64,000 nt of DNA. It comes from Neoechinorhynchus agilis (lineage: Eukaryota; Animalia; Acanthocephala). Position 1 is the first letter of the stretch, and every line of letters starts with the position of its first letter. This document shows positions 50,407 to 63,131 of this stretch, piece by piece. Under the pieces are notes generated by a model. That model ran no database searches. It was not told the DNA's origin and was given only the letters and a program-made list of their open reading frames with translations. Made by a program: the position numbers and the translations under genes. The DNA lies in NCBI GenBank assembly GCA_051530055.1, contig CM121343.1, forward strand, positions 3,380,389 to 3,444,388. Direction: 5' to 3'.

Positions 50407-53170
50407 ATCGCCCAAGGTTCGTTCAAGTTACATTTTTAACTGAGTACGTTCAAAAACGTTCAAATCACTTTAAATGCACTCACTTGAAGGAATAAATCTA
50501 GCAACGTAATGTAAAGTTTATCCTTTAATTCATTTTTCAAAGATAAAGCACTCATCCCACCCACATCGCAGTCTACGGACGCCGTTATGCCAGCGGATTA
50601 GCAATTTCTTAAGAGTAAACGAAAACAAAGGAAGATTAAGATTTTGTTAGTTTTGAACACTTCAATGAGTTATTTTATGGGGAATTTGGTAAAGTGCATA
50701 TTGAGGGTTGTTGACTTTATTCGGCCAAGGTTCGTTCGATTTCCATTTTCGACTGAGTAGGTTCAAAAACGTTCAAATCACTTTAAATGCACTCACTTGA
50801 AGGAATAAATCTAGCAACGTAATGTAAGGACATAATATTTAATTCCTTTATTCAAGATAAACACTCATCTCACCCACATCGCAGTCTACGGACGCCTTTG
50901 TACCAGCGGATTAGCAATTTCTTAGAGTAGAAAAAACAAAGGAAGATTAACAAATTATTGGAATATTAAGAATTTGTTAGTTTTGATCATTTCAATGAGT
51001 TATTTTATGGGGAATTTGGTAAACTGCATATTGAGGGTTGTTGACTTTATTCGGCCAAAGTTCGTTCAAGTTACATTTTCAATTGAGTACGTTCAAAAAC
51101 GATCAAAAGAACTTTAAATGCACTCACTTGAAGGAATAAATCTAGCAACGTAATGTAAAGTTCGTCCTTTAATTCATTGTTCAAAGATAAAGCACTCATC
51201 TCATTCACATCGCTGTCTGCGGACGCCTTTATGCCAGCGGATTAGCAATTTCTTAAGAGTAAACGAAAACAAAGGAAGATTAAGAATTTGTTAGTTTTGA
51301 ACACTTCAATGAGTTATTTTATGGGGAATTTGGTAAAGTGCATATTGAGGGTTGTTGACTTTATTCGGCCAAGGTTCGTTCGATTTCCATTTTCGACTGA
51401 GTAGGTTCAAAAACGATCAAAAGAACTTTGAATGCTCTCACCGGAAGAAATAAATCTAGCAACGCAATGTAAAGTTCATCCTTTAATTCATTGTTCAAAG
51501 ATAAAGCACTCATCTCACCCACATCGCAGTCTACGGACGCCTTTATGCCAGCGGATTAGCAATTTCTTAAGAGTAAACGAAAACAAAGGAAGGTTAAGAA
51601 TTTTTTAGTTTTGAACACTTCAATGAGTTATTTAATGGAGTATTTTTTTTCCTTGACTTTATTCGGCCAAGGTTCGTTCGATTTCCATTTTCGACTGAGT
51701 AGGTTCAAAAACGTTCAAAAGAACTTTGAATGCTCTCACCCGAAGAAATAAATCTAGCAACGCAATGTAAAGTTCATCCTTTAATTCATTGTTCAAAGAT
51801 AAAGCACTCATCTCACCCACATCGCAGTCTACGAACACCTTTATGCCAGCGGATTAGCAATTTCTTAAGAGTAAACGAAAACAAAGGAAGATTAAGATTT
51901 TGTTAGTTTTGAACACTTCAATGAGTTATTTTATGGAGAATTTGGTAAAGTGCATATTGAGGGTTGTTGACTTTATTCGGCCAAAGTTCGTTCAAGTTAC
52001 ATTTTCGACTGAGTACGTTCAAAAACCATCAAAAGAACTTTGAATGCTCTCACTTGAAGAAATAAATTTAGCAGCGTGATGCAAAGTTCATCCTTTAATT
52101 CATTGTTCAAAGATAAAGCACTCATCTCACCCACATCGCTGTCTGCGGACGCCTTTATGCCAGCGGATTAGCAATTTCTTAAGAGTAAACGAAAACAAAG
52201 GAAGATTAAGATTTTGTTAGTTTTGAACACTCCAATGAGTTATTTTATGGGGAATTTGGTAAAGTGCATATTGAGGGTTGTTGACTTTATTCGGCCAAAG
52301 TTCGTTCAAGTTACATTTTCAATTGAGTACGTTCAAAAACGATCAAAAGAACTTTAAATGCACTCACTTGAAGGAATAAATCTAGCAACGTAATGTAAAG
52401 TTCGTCCTTTAATTCATTGTTCAAAGATAAAGCACTCATCTCACCCACATCGCTGTCTGCGGACGCCTTTATGCCAGCGGATTAGCAATTTCTTAAGAGT
52501 AAACGAAAACAAAGGAAGATTAAGATTTTGTTAGTTTTGAACACTCCAATGAGTTATTTTATGGGGAATTTGGTAAAGTGCATATTGAGGGTTGTTGACT
52601 TTATTCGGCCAAAGTTCGTTCAAGTTACATTTTCAATTGAGTACGTTCAAAAACGATCAAAAGAACTTTAAATGCTCTCACCCGAAGAAATAAATCTAGC
52701 AACGCTATGTAAAGTTCATCCCTTAATTCATTGTTCAAAGATAAAGCACTCATCTCACCCACATCGCTGTCTACGAACACCTTTATGCCAGCGGATTAGC
52801 AATTTCTTAAGAGTAAACGAAAACAAAGGAAGATTAAGATTTTGTTAGTTTTGAACACTTCAATGAGTTATTTTATGGAGAATTTGGTAAAGTGCATATT
52901 GAGGGTTGTTGACTTTATTCGGCCAAAGTTCGTTCAAGTTACATTTTCAATTGAGTACGTTCAAAAACGATCAAAAGAACTTTAAATGCACTCACTTGAA
53001 GGAATAAATCTAGCAACGTAATGTAAAGTTCATCCTTTAATTCATTGTTCAAAGATAAAGCACTCATCTCACCCACATCGCTGTCTACGAACACCTTTAT
53101 GCCAGCGGATTAGCAATTTCTTAAGAGTAAACGAAAGCAAAGGAAGATTAACATATTATTGGAATATTAA
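50407..53170. repeat. 314-bp tandem satellite, about 8.8 units
   Basis: TCGGCCAA at 50721, 51051, 51365, 51663, 51977, 52291, 52605, 52919. Confidence 0.97.
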
Positions 53171-53527
53171 GATTTTGTGAGTAGTCAAAGCGAAAGAATA
53201 ATACCACCGGATATTTAAGCCCATAAATGGATCGTTTTCTACGGCACTTCCTGGATTTTCGGATTGATTTAAGATTTTAGATGGCGTATTTATTTAAGGA
53301 CCTTGATTCAACTACGTACGGTAATCGGGGCGTTGATTTTCGGCATCGCACCAACAGTGGAAGTTGTGTTAATGTTCGTTCGGTTTCGCTCACTCGACAA
53401 AGTGCTGCTGCATCAAATTTCAGAAGAGGTTTTTATTCGCAGAACCGATTATTTTGACTTAATTCGATTTAGGTATTTCTTCAAGAGATCTATTTTCATT
53501 TCCGTTTGAAAATCCACAATTGAGAAG

Positions 53528-55824
53528 ATGTCGCGAAGTTCAGCATCGAGGTGAGCATTCGTCTTGCCGTCGAATATTTCTTAGGTTTCGAAATAGATTC
53601 AAGAACTGATGAAAGGAACACATTCTTACGATTTTACATTGAATGGCCTTTAAATGAGAATCGTTAGTATAGAGAATGAACTCGAAGGAGTGGGTGATAC
53701 TGTTGCTGAGTTTACTGGTGGAAAATCTAAGAAACCGATTAAATTTTCTTATCCCGAGCGTCCTATTGTTGATTTAACATGGGAAGTTCTGCAGAATGAA
53801 GAAAATCAACGGTCCAGAAGTCCGCAGTCAGCACCGAGTGAGCTTGAACTTAATCAATATGAAGTGGAAATTGAATCATCGTTCGATTCTTGGATGTGCT
53901 TATTGCAGTAAGTTCAAAAGATCTATATTTTCCACGAAAAGGTTTTTAGGAATCCCTGAAGGTCAGTTTTCTGTCGCTATCTACTTCTGAGCTTTGAATA
54001 ATTAACATTATTGTAAGGATGTTGTCCATAGTTTGTTTTGATGAGGACGAGATGAATACAAGTAATTCTATTTTATTTAATAGATCATCTTCTACGTGGG
54101 ACTTCATAATTATAAATTTTTCGTTATAAGACCGAAAGTTAAGATGCTTTTTTTCGCAGTGAATGTTCATTAGCGAAAATCAATACTTGGATGTTCTTTA
54201 AAGAATGAGTCCTACTTTACCTCACAGATAAATACCTCTTTTTTCGCTAACGAATCCTCACTGTGAAAAACAGCATTTTCTCTTTTATATCGAAAAAATT
54301 TACAATCCTGAAGAAGTCCCACGTTGAAGATGAAATATTAAATAAAATTGAATTACATTATTTCATCACGCCTTCATCAAAACAATTAACATTATGACAC
54401 TTTTGACTCTCTCACAATTATTTTAAAATAAATGCTTAAAACAGATTTATCCGTTCATTTAAGTAAATGGATTATTTTGGAGCCTGCTAATTTATCAAAG
54501 GTCATCGTTAGCCTGGAGGCATTTGCTCGCATTTTCGAATGACTGAAGTCTTCTAAAACTTAAATTTATTTATTTTGGTAGTTTTGCCACCGCGTCCTCT
54601 CGGATAATTCCGACATTATCGATGACAATTGTAGTGAAAATGTCGTAAACATCGGGGAAATCACCGACAGATCCGCAATATTTCCCCTATAAATCAAATA
54701 TGTGATCACCAAACGTGCACCAGGGAAATAAATTGGTGAATTTAAATCTTGTTGGGTTTCGGCCGAAGATAATACGTTTCATATTCACCTTTTTTTCACC
54801 ATACTTTAGTCATGGTTTCAATCTGCTCATATATGGAGTTGGATCTAAACGTGTCGTATTGGAGCGTTTTCGGAAAGCTAAACTTGAAAATGAGTATAAT
54901 ATTATGATTGAAGGCTATCGTCCTACATTGTCGATGTTGGAGGTCTTTTGATCTTGTGATCAGGAAATTAAGCGTTATTTTCGTTCACGATGTTATAGGT
55001 CTTGCGGAAAATATGCGAAACAATGTTCGATGTTCGAGTGCCTTTACGATACAGATCAGATTATATTGATGTATTTAAACGTGAAACTCCAGGTTACCAT
55101 GAACTCATTTCTGTTGAAACTTAATTGATTTTCTTTTTTCATCAGTATTGTCCGATCTATTCATTGTCATCCATAATCTTGACGGTCGTTCATTGCGGGA
55201 TACACGGTCACAACATGAGCTCGCAGTTATATCTGAGATCGTAGGAGTTCATATGATTGTCTCGGTTGATCACATCAATGCTTATGGTATGTGGAACTGC
55301 GATCAAATGAATTCGTTTCGGTGGGCATGGTTGAGAGTTAGTACCTGGCGTCAATACAGCTTAGAAGTGAACGTCGACAGTTTTCACACAAACGCATACG
55401 AATACAGAGGATGCAGCTATACAACTCTTGTTCAGGTTTTGAACTGCCTTGCACCGAAAGCCACGAAACTCTTTATACTCATGGCAAAGTACCAAGTTGA
55501 ACACATGAATAAGGATTACCGAGGCAAGTGTAAACATCGCTGACATTTAACTTAGATAAGAACTTTACAGGGATCTCATTCTGTGATTTATATGAACAAT
55601 CGTTTAGGCAGTTTATAATCACTTCGGAAACTACGATTAGGACAGTCCTAAATGAATTTAGGGATCATAAAATAATTACTTATCATAGAACTAAGCGAGG
55701 ATTGCAAAACGAGCGGAACACACCTTTTTCATCAGAAGAGTTGATTCGGATAAATCTAAGCAACGACGATATCAAGAGATTTCTTAACGAATTTCCTAGA
55801 GGGTTGCATGCAAAGGGGAAGTAA
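53528..55824 (+). CDS. ORC2: Origin recognition complex subunit 2
   Basis: FDSWMCLLHHGFNLLIYGVGSK, VIHNLDG, VSVDHIN, EFRDH. Introns include 53551-53667, 53908-54809 and a GC-AG intron 55524-55570. Start exon tentative. Confidence 0.92.
54021..54399. mobile_element. Old foldback (about 160-bp imperfect inverted arms, about 60-bp spacer) in ORC2 intron
   Basis: 54021-54180 aligns by eye to the reverse complement of 54241-54399 (shared TCATCTTC.ACGTGGGACTTC, TTAGCGAAAA). Confidence 0.8.
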
Positions 55825-56235
55825 ATCTCCTTAAAACGGAAAATTTCCAATTAAAAATTAAATATGTGTATAAAATGAGCAATTCTCTCAACTTTGAATG
55901 TTGTTTCAATTGCTGAAGACATCGATGGCGTTATTTTTCGCTACAAATTTTAGCAAAACTCATTTAGTGGTCCAGAAATCAGCACTGACTTTTGCATTGA
56001 TTGTTCGAGCAGCAGCAGCAGTAATCTCCGCCAATAAATGAAAAAGACTTACAGTAGAGCGTCGTTGGGCGAGTTACAGAGTTTTGGCTCTATTGTTGAA
56101 ACTAATCACACCTTCGTTTTTTCGCTTGAAGGTCTCTGATTCTCTTTACGTTCCGCTGCGTTCCGCGTCCCTAGTTTTTTTGGACCCATGGTAAAAAAGC
56201 GCATTAAACAATTACAACGACTCTCGAGTAATAGC

Positions 56236-56643
56236 AGTCCAAGTGATTCAATCACTCCTCTGATTTAAGAGATCGGTTGGCTGTGAGAAAAATTAGCCGG
56301 ATTACCAGAAGACAAAAAAAAGAACTGAACACTTTGCTCAAGGTTTAAATCTGACTGAGTTTGTACATTCCGTAGTTGTGTCTACGTAGTCAAGTGGATC
56401 TCAGTTTGGGTTTAAAAATGATTTAAAATCCATGCTCGTCGATGACTCACAATCAAAGAGGACCAAATACCGATGAATTTAGGAAGAAACTCACTGATGA
56501 GTCCGGACTTCTCGGGAGGATGATCCGGAGGAATGCGCAAACTCATAATCGTCTGTGTTTGAGAGTCTAAGGTGATTCAATCACTTCTCTGATTTAAGAG
56601 ATCGGTTTTCTGTGAGAAAAATTAACCGGATTACCAGAAGACA
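56236..56643. repeat. Dispersed solo copy (about 1.2 units) of the 328-bp satellite
   Basis: Near-identical to the 18.9-21.8 kb unit. Confidence 0.95.
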
Positions 56644-56939
56644 TATAAAAGCAGTCTTCGTGGACTTGTTTCTCTGGCCATTAGGCAGCTGCAGGAACCT
56701 TTTGTGACGGCAACCCAGTTCGTTGATTTAAATAAAAAATCATGTATTGGCCACATTTGTAGTTCTAATTGAAATTTCTCCGAACAACTTGGGATACACG
56801 GAGCGAATGTGTATTTTCCAATGGTCGTAACCTTTGCCTCCAACATGGCATCGATTTGACCCCCCCAAATGCCTCTTTCTCAGAATTCATGCAGATAAGA
56901 TGTGGACTTTTTATGCCGAGTGGAGTTTCCAGGGGCAAG

Positions 56940-57230
56940 GGTATGCGGTTGGGTCTTTCCTTAAGTTCCAAAGAAGAGAATCCATGTCCCCGTTTGGGTC
57001 CTCGTGAAAACACTCGAGTTCTTGTAGGATAAATGAATGTGAGTATTGATTTTTTTTGCAGTGGATTACGGATTCGGACGGGTTGGAATATCCGCTCAGG
57101 GGGATGTCCGTTCTGGTGATGATTGGCGGGTTTTCGTCTGGTTCATTTCGGGTCATGATATCCGGGAAGATTGGGTAGTATGGCAAAAGGTACAAAGTTG
57201 AGGGAGGATGAAATGAATTGGGGTTACGAG
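56940..57230. repeat. Diverged relative of the 274-bp repeat carrying a unit of the 33-bp minisatellite
   Basis: Shares GAGGATGAAATGAATT and GTTTGGGTCCTC with the 25-kb repeats. Minus strand has GAACGGACATCCCCTGAGCGGATATTCC followed by TAATCCACT, as at 5500-5545. Confidence 0.65.
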
Positions 57231-57784
57231 TGCTGTGCTAGTGAGAAAAGGGGAATAAAATGTGGTGGAAGGATGCGGGGGAGGAAACCAACTGTGCAAA
57301 TTTTAGAGGCTCTTCTATGAAACATTTCAATACGACGGATTTGAGATTTGGATGGGTTGCAGAAGACGGGAAAAATTTGTAGAGATCCATAAAGGGACTC
57401 TTAAATTGTTGTCTACCGATGGAAATAATCGAATATCGACTAATATGAAGCGATCAAGGGAACTTAATCATTCATTTTTGTGAATACTTTAACAGACATG
57501 GATAATAGGAAAATCATTAATTATTAGTTGAATTATCCGTCCTTTTGGACCGATCTATTGACTTTGAAGTAAATTATTTGGACATTAATGTCTGTATTTG
57601 TTTAGATGGATACACAAACAAAAGCTTCCAATAAATGTTTTTTAAATATCGCAGCAATTTACTAGAATTTAGATATCCGTAACGAATTAAACTCGCACCA
57701 TGAAACGTTGCCTTTGAATATTAGTAAAACCGACATTTTAATCGTGATCGTCATTATTTACACGAGTGCTTTTAAATTTGGCAA

Positions 57785-58390
57785 TCATCGCAGTCCGCTG
57801 ACTTTTTCCACACTTCGAGCAATATCCCAATCTTTTTCAGATAAAGCAATAACGCAAGATTCCTCGTTAAATCCCATTTCTGTCATTCGTCGAAGTTTTG
57901 AAGTGTACGACGGAACAGTGAATCGACCGCCGGCATAACGAGCAGTCCAGAAAACGGCAGTGTTATCGAAAGCTTCTCGATTGAACTTGAATTGGTGGGC
58001 AACGACTGCGTCCTGAGGATCATCAGGTTCTGGAGATGATAGAAGAGCTTGAATACTAAGCATAACCGTTCTTAAGGTCAATGCGGCTGCCCATTGATCT
58101 TTAAGGATATCCAGACAAACTGCTCCGGTTACACTGCTGATATTTGGATGCCATATCTTGGTTAGGAATGTGACCACTGGAGGCGCGAACGGATAATTAT
58201 CCGGGATAGTAATCCGCACTCGAAACAGGCCGCTTTCATAGACGCCATCGGGCGGACCGCCGATCTCACCCCTCAAATCAGTAAAACTATCGCCATCGAG
58301 CTTCAACCGTATTTTGCACTCTGCAATCTCCTGCGAGGTCATGATTTCTTGAAATTCCCGTTTGATTCGAGAAATGGCTATGCTGGTCAT
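57785..58390 (-). CDS. UBE2K: Ubiquitin-conjugating enzyme E2-25K/Ubc1 with C-terminal UBA; intronless
   Basis: RIKREFQE, LRGEIGGPPD, IWHPNISSVTGAVCLDILKDQWAAALTLRTV, EPDDPQDAVVA, EMGF. Confidence 0.96.
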   Translation of the reverse strand: MTSIAISRIKREFQEIMTSQEIAECKIRLKLDGDSFTDLRGEIGGPPDGVYESGLFRVRITIPDNYPFAPPVVTFLTKIWHPNISSVTGAVCLDILKDQWAAALTLRTVMLSIQALLSSPEPDDPQDAVVAHQFKFNREAFDNTAVFWTARYAGGRFTVPSYTSKLRRMTEMGFNEESCVIALSEKDWDIARSVEKVSGLR

Positions 58391-59445
58391 CGGATTTATC
58401 TAGAATATCAATTTAAAGTAACTTTTAGCCGGAAAGGGGAAAAGACGCGAGACACAAGGAGTTTTCAACTTCATGAACAAAGCAGCAATCAACACGACAA
58501 GATCATACCAGACGAGAAAGAATTCAGGGTAAATACGTCATCGTAGAAAATTAAGTGGGAAATTGAGGTTAGGCGACTTGCAGCGGCGATGGACTATTGC
58601 GAGCTTCAGCTGCAATCATTTTTATAAAAATTTCCGCTCAAAATCAACGACAACCTAACTGTTCAGTCCAATTTCAATCAACTAATTTTAGTCCCAAAAC
58701 CCCTCAGGAAACAGCTAATGGACTACAGCGTTGCAACAAGCCAAAAAACCTTTTAAATGAAAGCTGAAGTTTTATCGATTCTGCCATAACGCTGGAAGAA
58801 TGCACCATTGCTTGCGTCACAAACAACGCTTGCAATTTAGCCGTTTTCGGTTTCAGTGGTGGTGGCGGACTCAGTGAAAAAGGTTTTTCGGATTTTATTG
58901 GGATCGTTAAAAAGCAAAGGTTTCGTGACATCATAAGGATTCGCCCGTGGACTAGTCGATTATCTCAGAGGGAAAACAGACGCTTTCGTAAAGTTCGATT
59001 ATATGGATTTCTTGATTTCATCTCGATTTAAAATTGAGTCATACCTTCTTTGAAATTGGTACGTTTTTCCGCTGGATTCTTCTTAAAATCAATTTGTTTC
59101 GTGATTGTCATACCTGTCAATTAGAGAACTCGGCAGTATTGATTTTTGGTTCTGATACTGCGGAACTATTTTTGGTGCAAAAAATGACGATTTTAAAAGG
59201 CATCATGAACGATGCTCGCGAAGCCGCAGAATTTATCTTGGAGTTCCTTCAAAAGCTTCATTTAATAAAACGTTATGATCCAATCCAGAACAATAATGTC
59301 TGTCATCGATAGAGAAAATCTTTCGGGTTAATCAAATTATACTTTTGGTGTACATAATCCCCCGGTCATCACATATTTGATTTATAGTGGAAATATTTCG
59401 CGAGGAGCTAAACTTCGCTTCTTCAATCGTTGTTTTTTTAAGACA

Positions 59446-60620
59446 AAATGACTGAGGAGGCGAGGTTCCTTTTTCGAAATATTTCATTACAATAAAATGA
59501 CTTTTTTTGAGTAGGGCGAGTACATTCACCACACAAGTCAATATTTGATTTATTTGAGATATTTCGAAGGAGGTAACCTCGCCTCGTTGGGAAAAATGAC
59601 CAAGGAGGCGAGGTTACCTCCTTCGAAATATTTCATTACAATAAAATGATTTTTTTGAGTAGGGCGAGTACTCACCACACAAGTCAATATTTGATTTATT
59701 GAGATATTTCGAAGGAGGTAACCTCGCCTCGTTGGTCATTTTTCCCAACGAGGCGAGGTTACCTCCTTCGAAATATCTCAAATAAATCAAATATTGACTT
59801 GTGTGGTGAATGTACTCGCCCACTCAAAAAAATCATTTTATTTAATGAAATATTTCGAAGGAGGTAACCTCGCCTCCTTGGTCATTTTTCCCAACGAGGC
59901 GAGGTTACCTCCTTCGAAATATCTCAAATAAATCAAATATTGACTTGTGTGGTGAATGTACTCGCCCTACTCAAAAAAATCATTTTATTGTAATGAAATA
60001 TTTCGAAGGAGGTAACCTCGCCTCCTTGGTCATTTTTCCCAACGAGGCGAGGTTACCTCCTTCGAAATATCTCAAATAAATCAAATATTGACTTGTGTGG
60101 TGAATATACTCGCCCTACTCAAAAAAATCATTTTATTGTAATGAAATATTTCGAAGGAGGTAACCTCGCCTCCTTGGTCATTTTTCCCAACGAGGCGAGG
60201 TTACCTCCTCGAAATATCTCAAATAAATCAAATATTGACTTGTGTGGTGAATGTACTCGCCCTACTCAAAAAAATCATTTTATTGTAATGAAATATTTCG
60301 AAGGAGGTAACCTCGCCTCCTTGGTCATTTTTCCCAACGAGGCGAGGTTACCTCCTTCGAAATATCTCAAATAAATCAAATATTGACTTGTGTGGTGATA
60401 TACTCGCCCTACTCAAAAAAATCATTTTATCGCAATGAAATATTTCGAAGGAGGTAACTCGCCTCCTGGTCATTTTTCCCAACGAGGCGAGGTTACCTCC
60501 TTCGAAATATCTCAAATAAATCAAATATTGACTTGTGTGGTGAATGTACTCGCCCTACTCAAAAAAATCATTTTATTGCAATGAAATATTTCGAAGAAGG
60601 TGACCTCGCCTCCTCAGTCA
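59446..60620. mobile_element. Foldback-like element with modular arms of about 147-bp units (2 in one orientation, 6 inverted)
   Basis: Unit starts at 59457, 59605, then 59750, 59896, 60044, 60192, 60339, 60484. Each unit has a 27-bp TIR; the outer ends are inverted copies (AATGACTGAGGAGG / CCTCCTCAGTCATT). Confidence 0.9.
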
Positions 60621-61177
60621 TTGTTTTCGGATCACCAAAAGTATAAATAATGTCTGTTTGTTGATTTCGCCAGGTTTGAAAGTATAAATTTATTTGAAGA
60701 AAAAAGAGGACAACGGCGGACATATTGAATAAAACGTTAAGAGAAATTAGTAACTCCATTGAGCTTTTAAATGACCTTTCCGTAGTACTGATGTTGAAAA
60801 TATGGGCTTTACGGTTTCTTAAAGATGATCAGCACTAAAGCTTGTTTCCAAGTTTTTTCAGATAGAAGTAAAATGCTCGTCTTTAAATGCTTTTACAAAC
60901 TGTTCTACTAAGATTGCTCTCTCTTTTTACGGTATCCCAAAAATTCAACAAAGGAATCTCATTCTTGATGACTTTTGCTTGATTCGCTCTCTTAAAAATG
61001 ACTTGTATTTATCTCATCGGAATCATATTTCAATTTTTAGAACTTTGCATCGTATTGGTATTATAGATTTATAGCTACCACACATTCTGGATGAACGAGC
61101 GACAAAATAAATGGCCCAAACTATTGATCCAGAAGAGTTACATTGCTAATCTTTTGGATCTTTAGATTAAACCTTAC

Positions 61178-61831
61178 GTGGATAGTCTTTTAGCATCGTT
61201 TATCGAATACGCTCCAGTGACTGCCCGTAGACCGATTTGTAACGTTCTTATTCAACGAACCATCACGGAATTTACGGGAAAATGCATTCCTATTCCCGTT
61301 ATGAAAAATATGGCCGATTCGTTTATCGATGGAGATTTAACGGCAACATCTCGACGTACAATTAAGTACGAAATTGACAAGCTTGGAGTTATAATCCCTA
61401 AGCAAATCTCATCGCATATTAAAGATAAAAAGAAGCATCATGTTTTGTGCAACAGGCAATTCAAACTGAAAGATTTAAATGAGCAAATAGATACTTATTT
61501 AGGGGACGAGTCAAGAACCAAAGTCCAAGAAGCACTACTGCATAATGCCAAACTTCTAAAAAAACCTGTTGAACATTGCGACGACTGTCTAGTTCATTCA
61601 TCGATGAAGGAAACAAATAAGTTCGACCAAGTATATGCCCCAAAAGTTGATTCACGAAACGAATACTCTGCATTATTGTCACAAATCAACTCCAAATTAA
61701 ACATCCGCTCAACTGAGTCGAAATGTATGAAAAAACGCAAAAAGAGTAAGGATTCGGGGCGTACAAGTAGCACCGTTCTGAAAACTGATTCCATTTCGGC
61801 GAGAACCAGATCGATGTGTAAACGAAAATGA
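61178..61831 (+). CDS. Unknown basic protein ORF (217 aa)
   Basis: Long stop-free ORF in AT-rich context; no family recognised; may be the last exon of a longer gene. Confidence 0.45.
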   Translation: MDSLLASFIEYAPVTARRPICNVLIQRTITEFTGKCIPIPVMKNMADSFIDGDLTATSRRTIKYEIDKLGVIIPKQISSHIKDKKKHHVLCNRQFKLKDLNEQIDTYLGDESRTKVQEALLHNAKLLKKPVEHCDDCLVHSSMKETNKFDQVYAPKVDSRNEYSALLSQINSKLNIRSTESKCMKKRKKSKDSGRTSSTVLKTDSISARTRSMCKRK

Positions 61832-62497
61832 GAAATTTCGAAATATAAGCTTTTGGTAACCTTTTTGGAATTTTCGTCATATATTTCATTTTCAGGAAAG
61901 CGTGAAGCACGAAACCTTTAGGATCTGCATTACTCGCAATTTTCTACGGCATTAGTTCGCTTTATTTAATAGTTGCCGAAATTGACATTTGCAACGTCAG
62001 TTTTTTCACCAATGCTGAAACGTTTTTTAGGAAATTATCTTTGCTATTTTGTCTAGTGTTTTTCGGACTTCCTCGTCAGTTGCATTACTTCATTTCTACT
62101 AAACCGAAATTTGATGATGGGTGATTTTAATGTGGTTGGCTGTTACCTAATTATGACAGCCAATGGCGTCTGTGAAGAAATTTTTATAAGGGATGATCAT
62201 TAATTTTTTGACCTCAAAACATTTCTTTTTTCCGAATAAGATAATATCGTAAATTATTGAAGTGTCGGAAGCAACGAAGCTCAAAAAATCTAAGCCATCG
62301 TAGAACATTGTTCAGACGTATATTTTAGCCGAACGCTTGAGATATTTGAGCATAAAGCCTCGTATTATTGTTGTCAATAAAAATAATGACAGAATTCTTC
62401 TATTTGCTCAGATTATGTAAACCCACATATTTCTTCTTTTTGCATGAAATTTAAGGTTGGATTGATTAAAAAATTGGAAATGAGTTGAATTGCTTGC

Positions 62498-62745
62498 GTC
62501 GAGACACTCGGTTCGTTTGTTACCGCGGCGCAGGAACTGGTCAATCAATTGTCTAAAAGAGATTGAGACGAATCACGGGCGATCCGAGATCAGGAGCATT
62601 CCTCCTACAAAACATAAGTCTGATTCTGCATCACGGGGAACGCTGCCCCTGTTCATTCCGCCATTACACCAGGACGGCAGCCAAGTGATACAGAGCGGTG
62701 GTGTGAATGTTTGTAAATATTTTTTTGTCAAAGAATAAAAATAAG
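62498..62745 (+). mobile_element. 3' fragment of CRE-like retrotransposon
   Basis: Matches the 43944 fragment at its 5' side and the 48121+ sequence at its 3' side. Confidence 0.85.
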
Positions 62746-63131
62746 TTTAAAGCAAATTATCAAATTTATTTATATGCAAGAAATTCTCAGAGAACATAAT
62801 TTAATCCATTCCCCATGTTTAAATAATTGAACAATAAGTTTGCATATCGAAAGTCGTGGTTAAGACGGTCCATAGACTTCATCGATTAAGCGTTTTCCCG
62901 TGCGTCGTAAGGTTCTGAGACGAACTTGAGCTTTGTATGTTGAATTGATGATATTGTTGATTATCATCTTCCTAACGAACAAATGATCAATCTTTGAAAC
63001 AACATTGGCCAATTTTATATGGAAAATGACATTAATAAAACGTGTGAAGAATTATGATGAACTAAATGATTCGTTGTACATTTATCTGCAAATCAGACTT
63101 TAATTGAAAAAAATTAATTGCACAAATCACT

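Noticed and set aside
50545-50570. ACTCATCCCA in the 314-bp unit resembling the start of a remembered larvacean spliced leader
   Set aside because: Only 10 nt match, most units read ACTCATCTCA, and no convincing donor plus Sm-site arrangement follows.
53585-53670. GA-AG or TA-bounded intron at the 5' end of ORC2
   Set aside because: A canonical intron 53551-53667 from ATG 53528 solves the frame.
24934-56230. CTCGAGAG next to three repeat blocks as a shared terminus
   Set aside because: An 8-mer with no matching opposite termini; could be chance.
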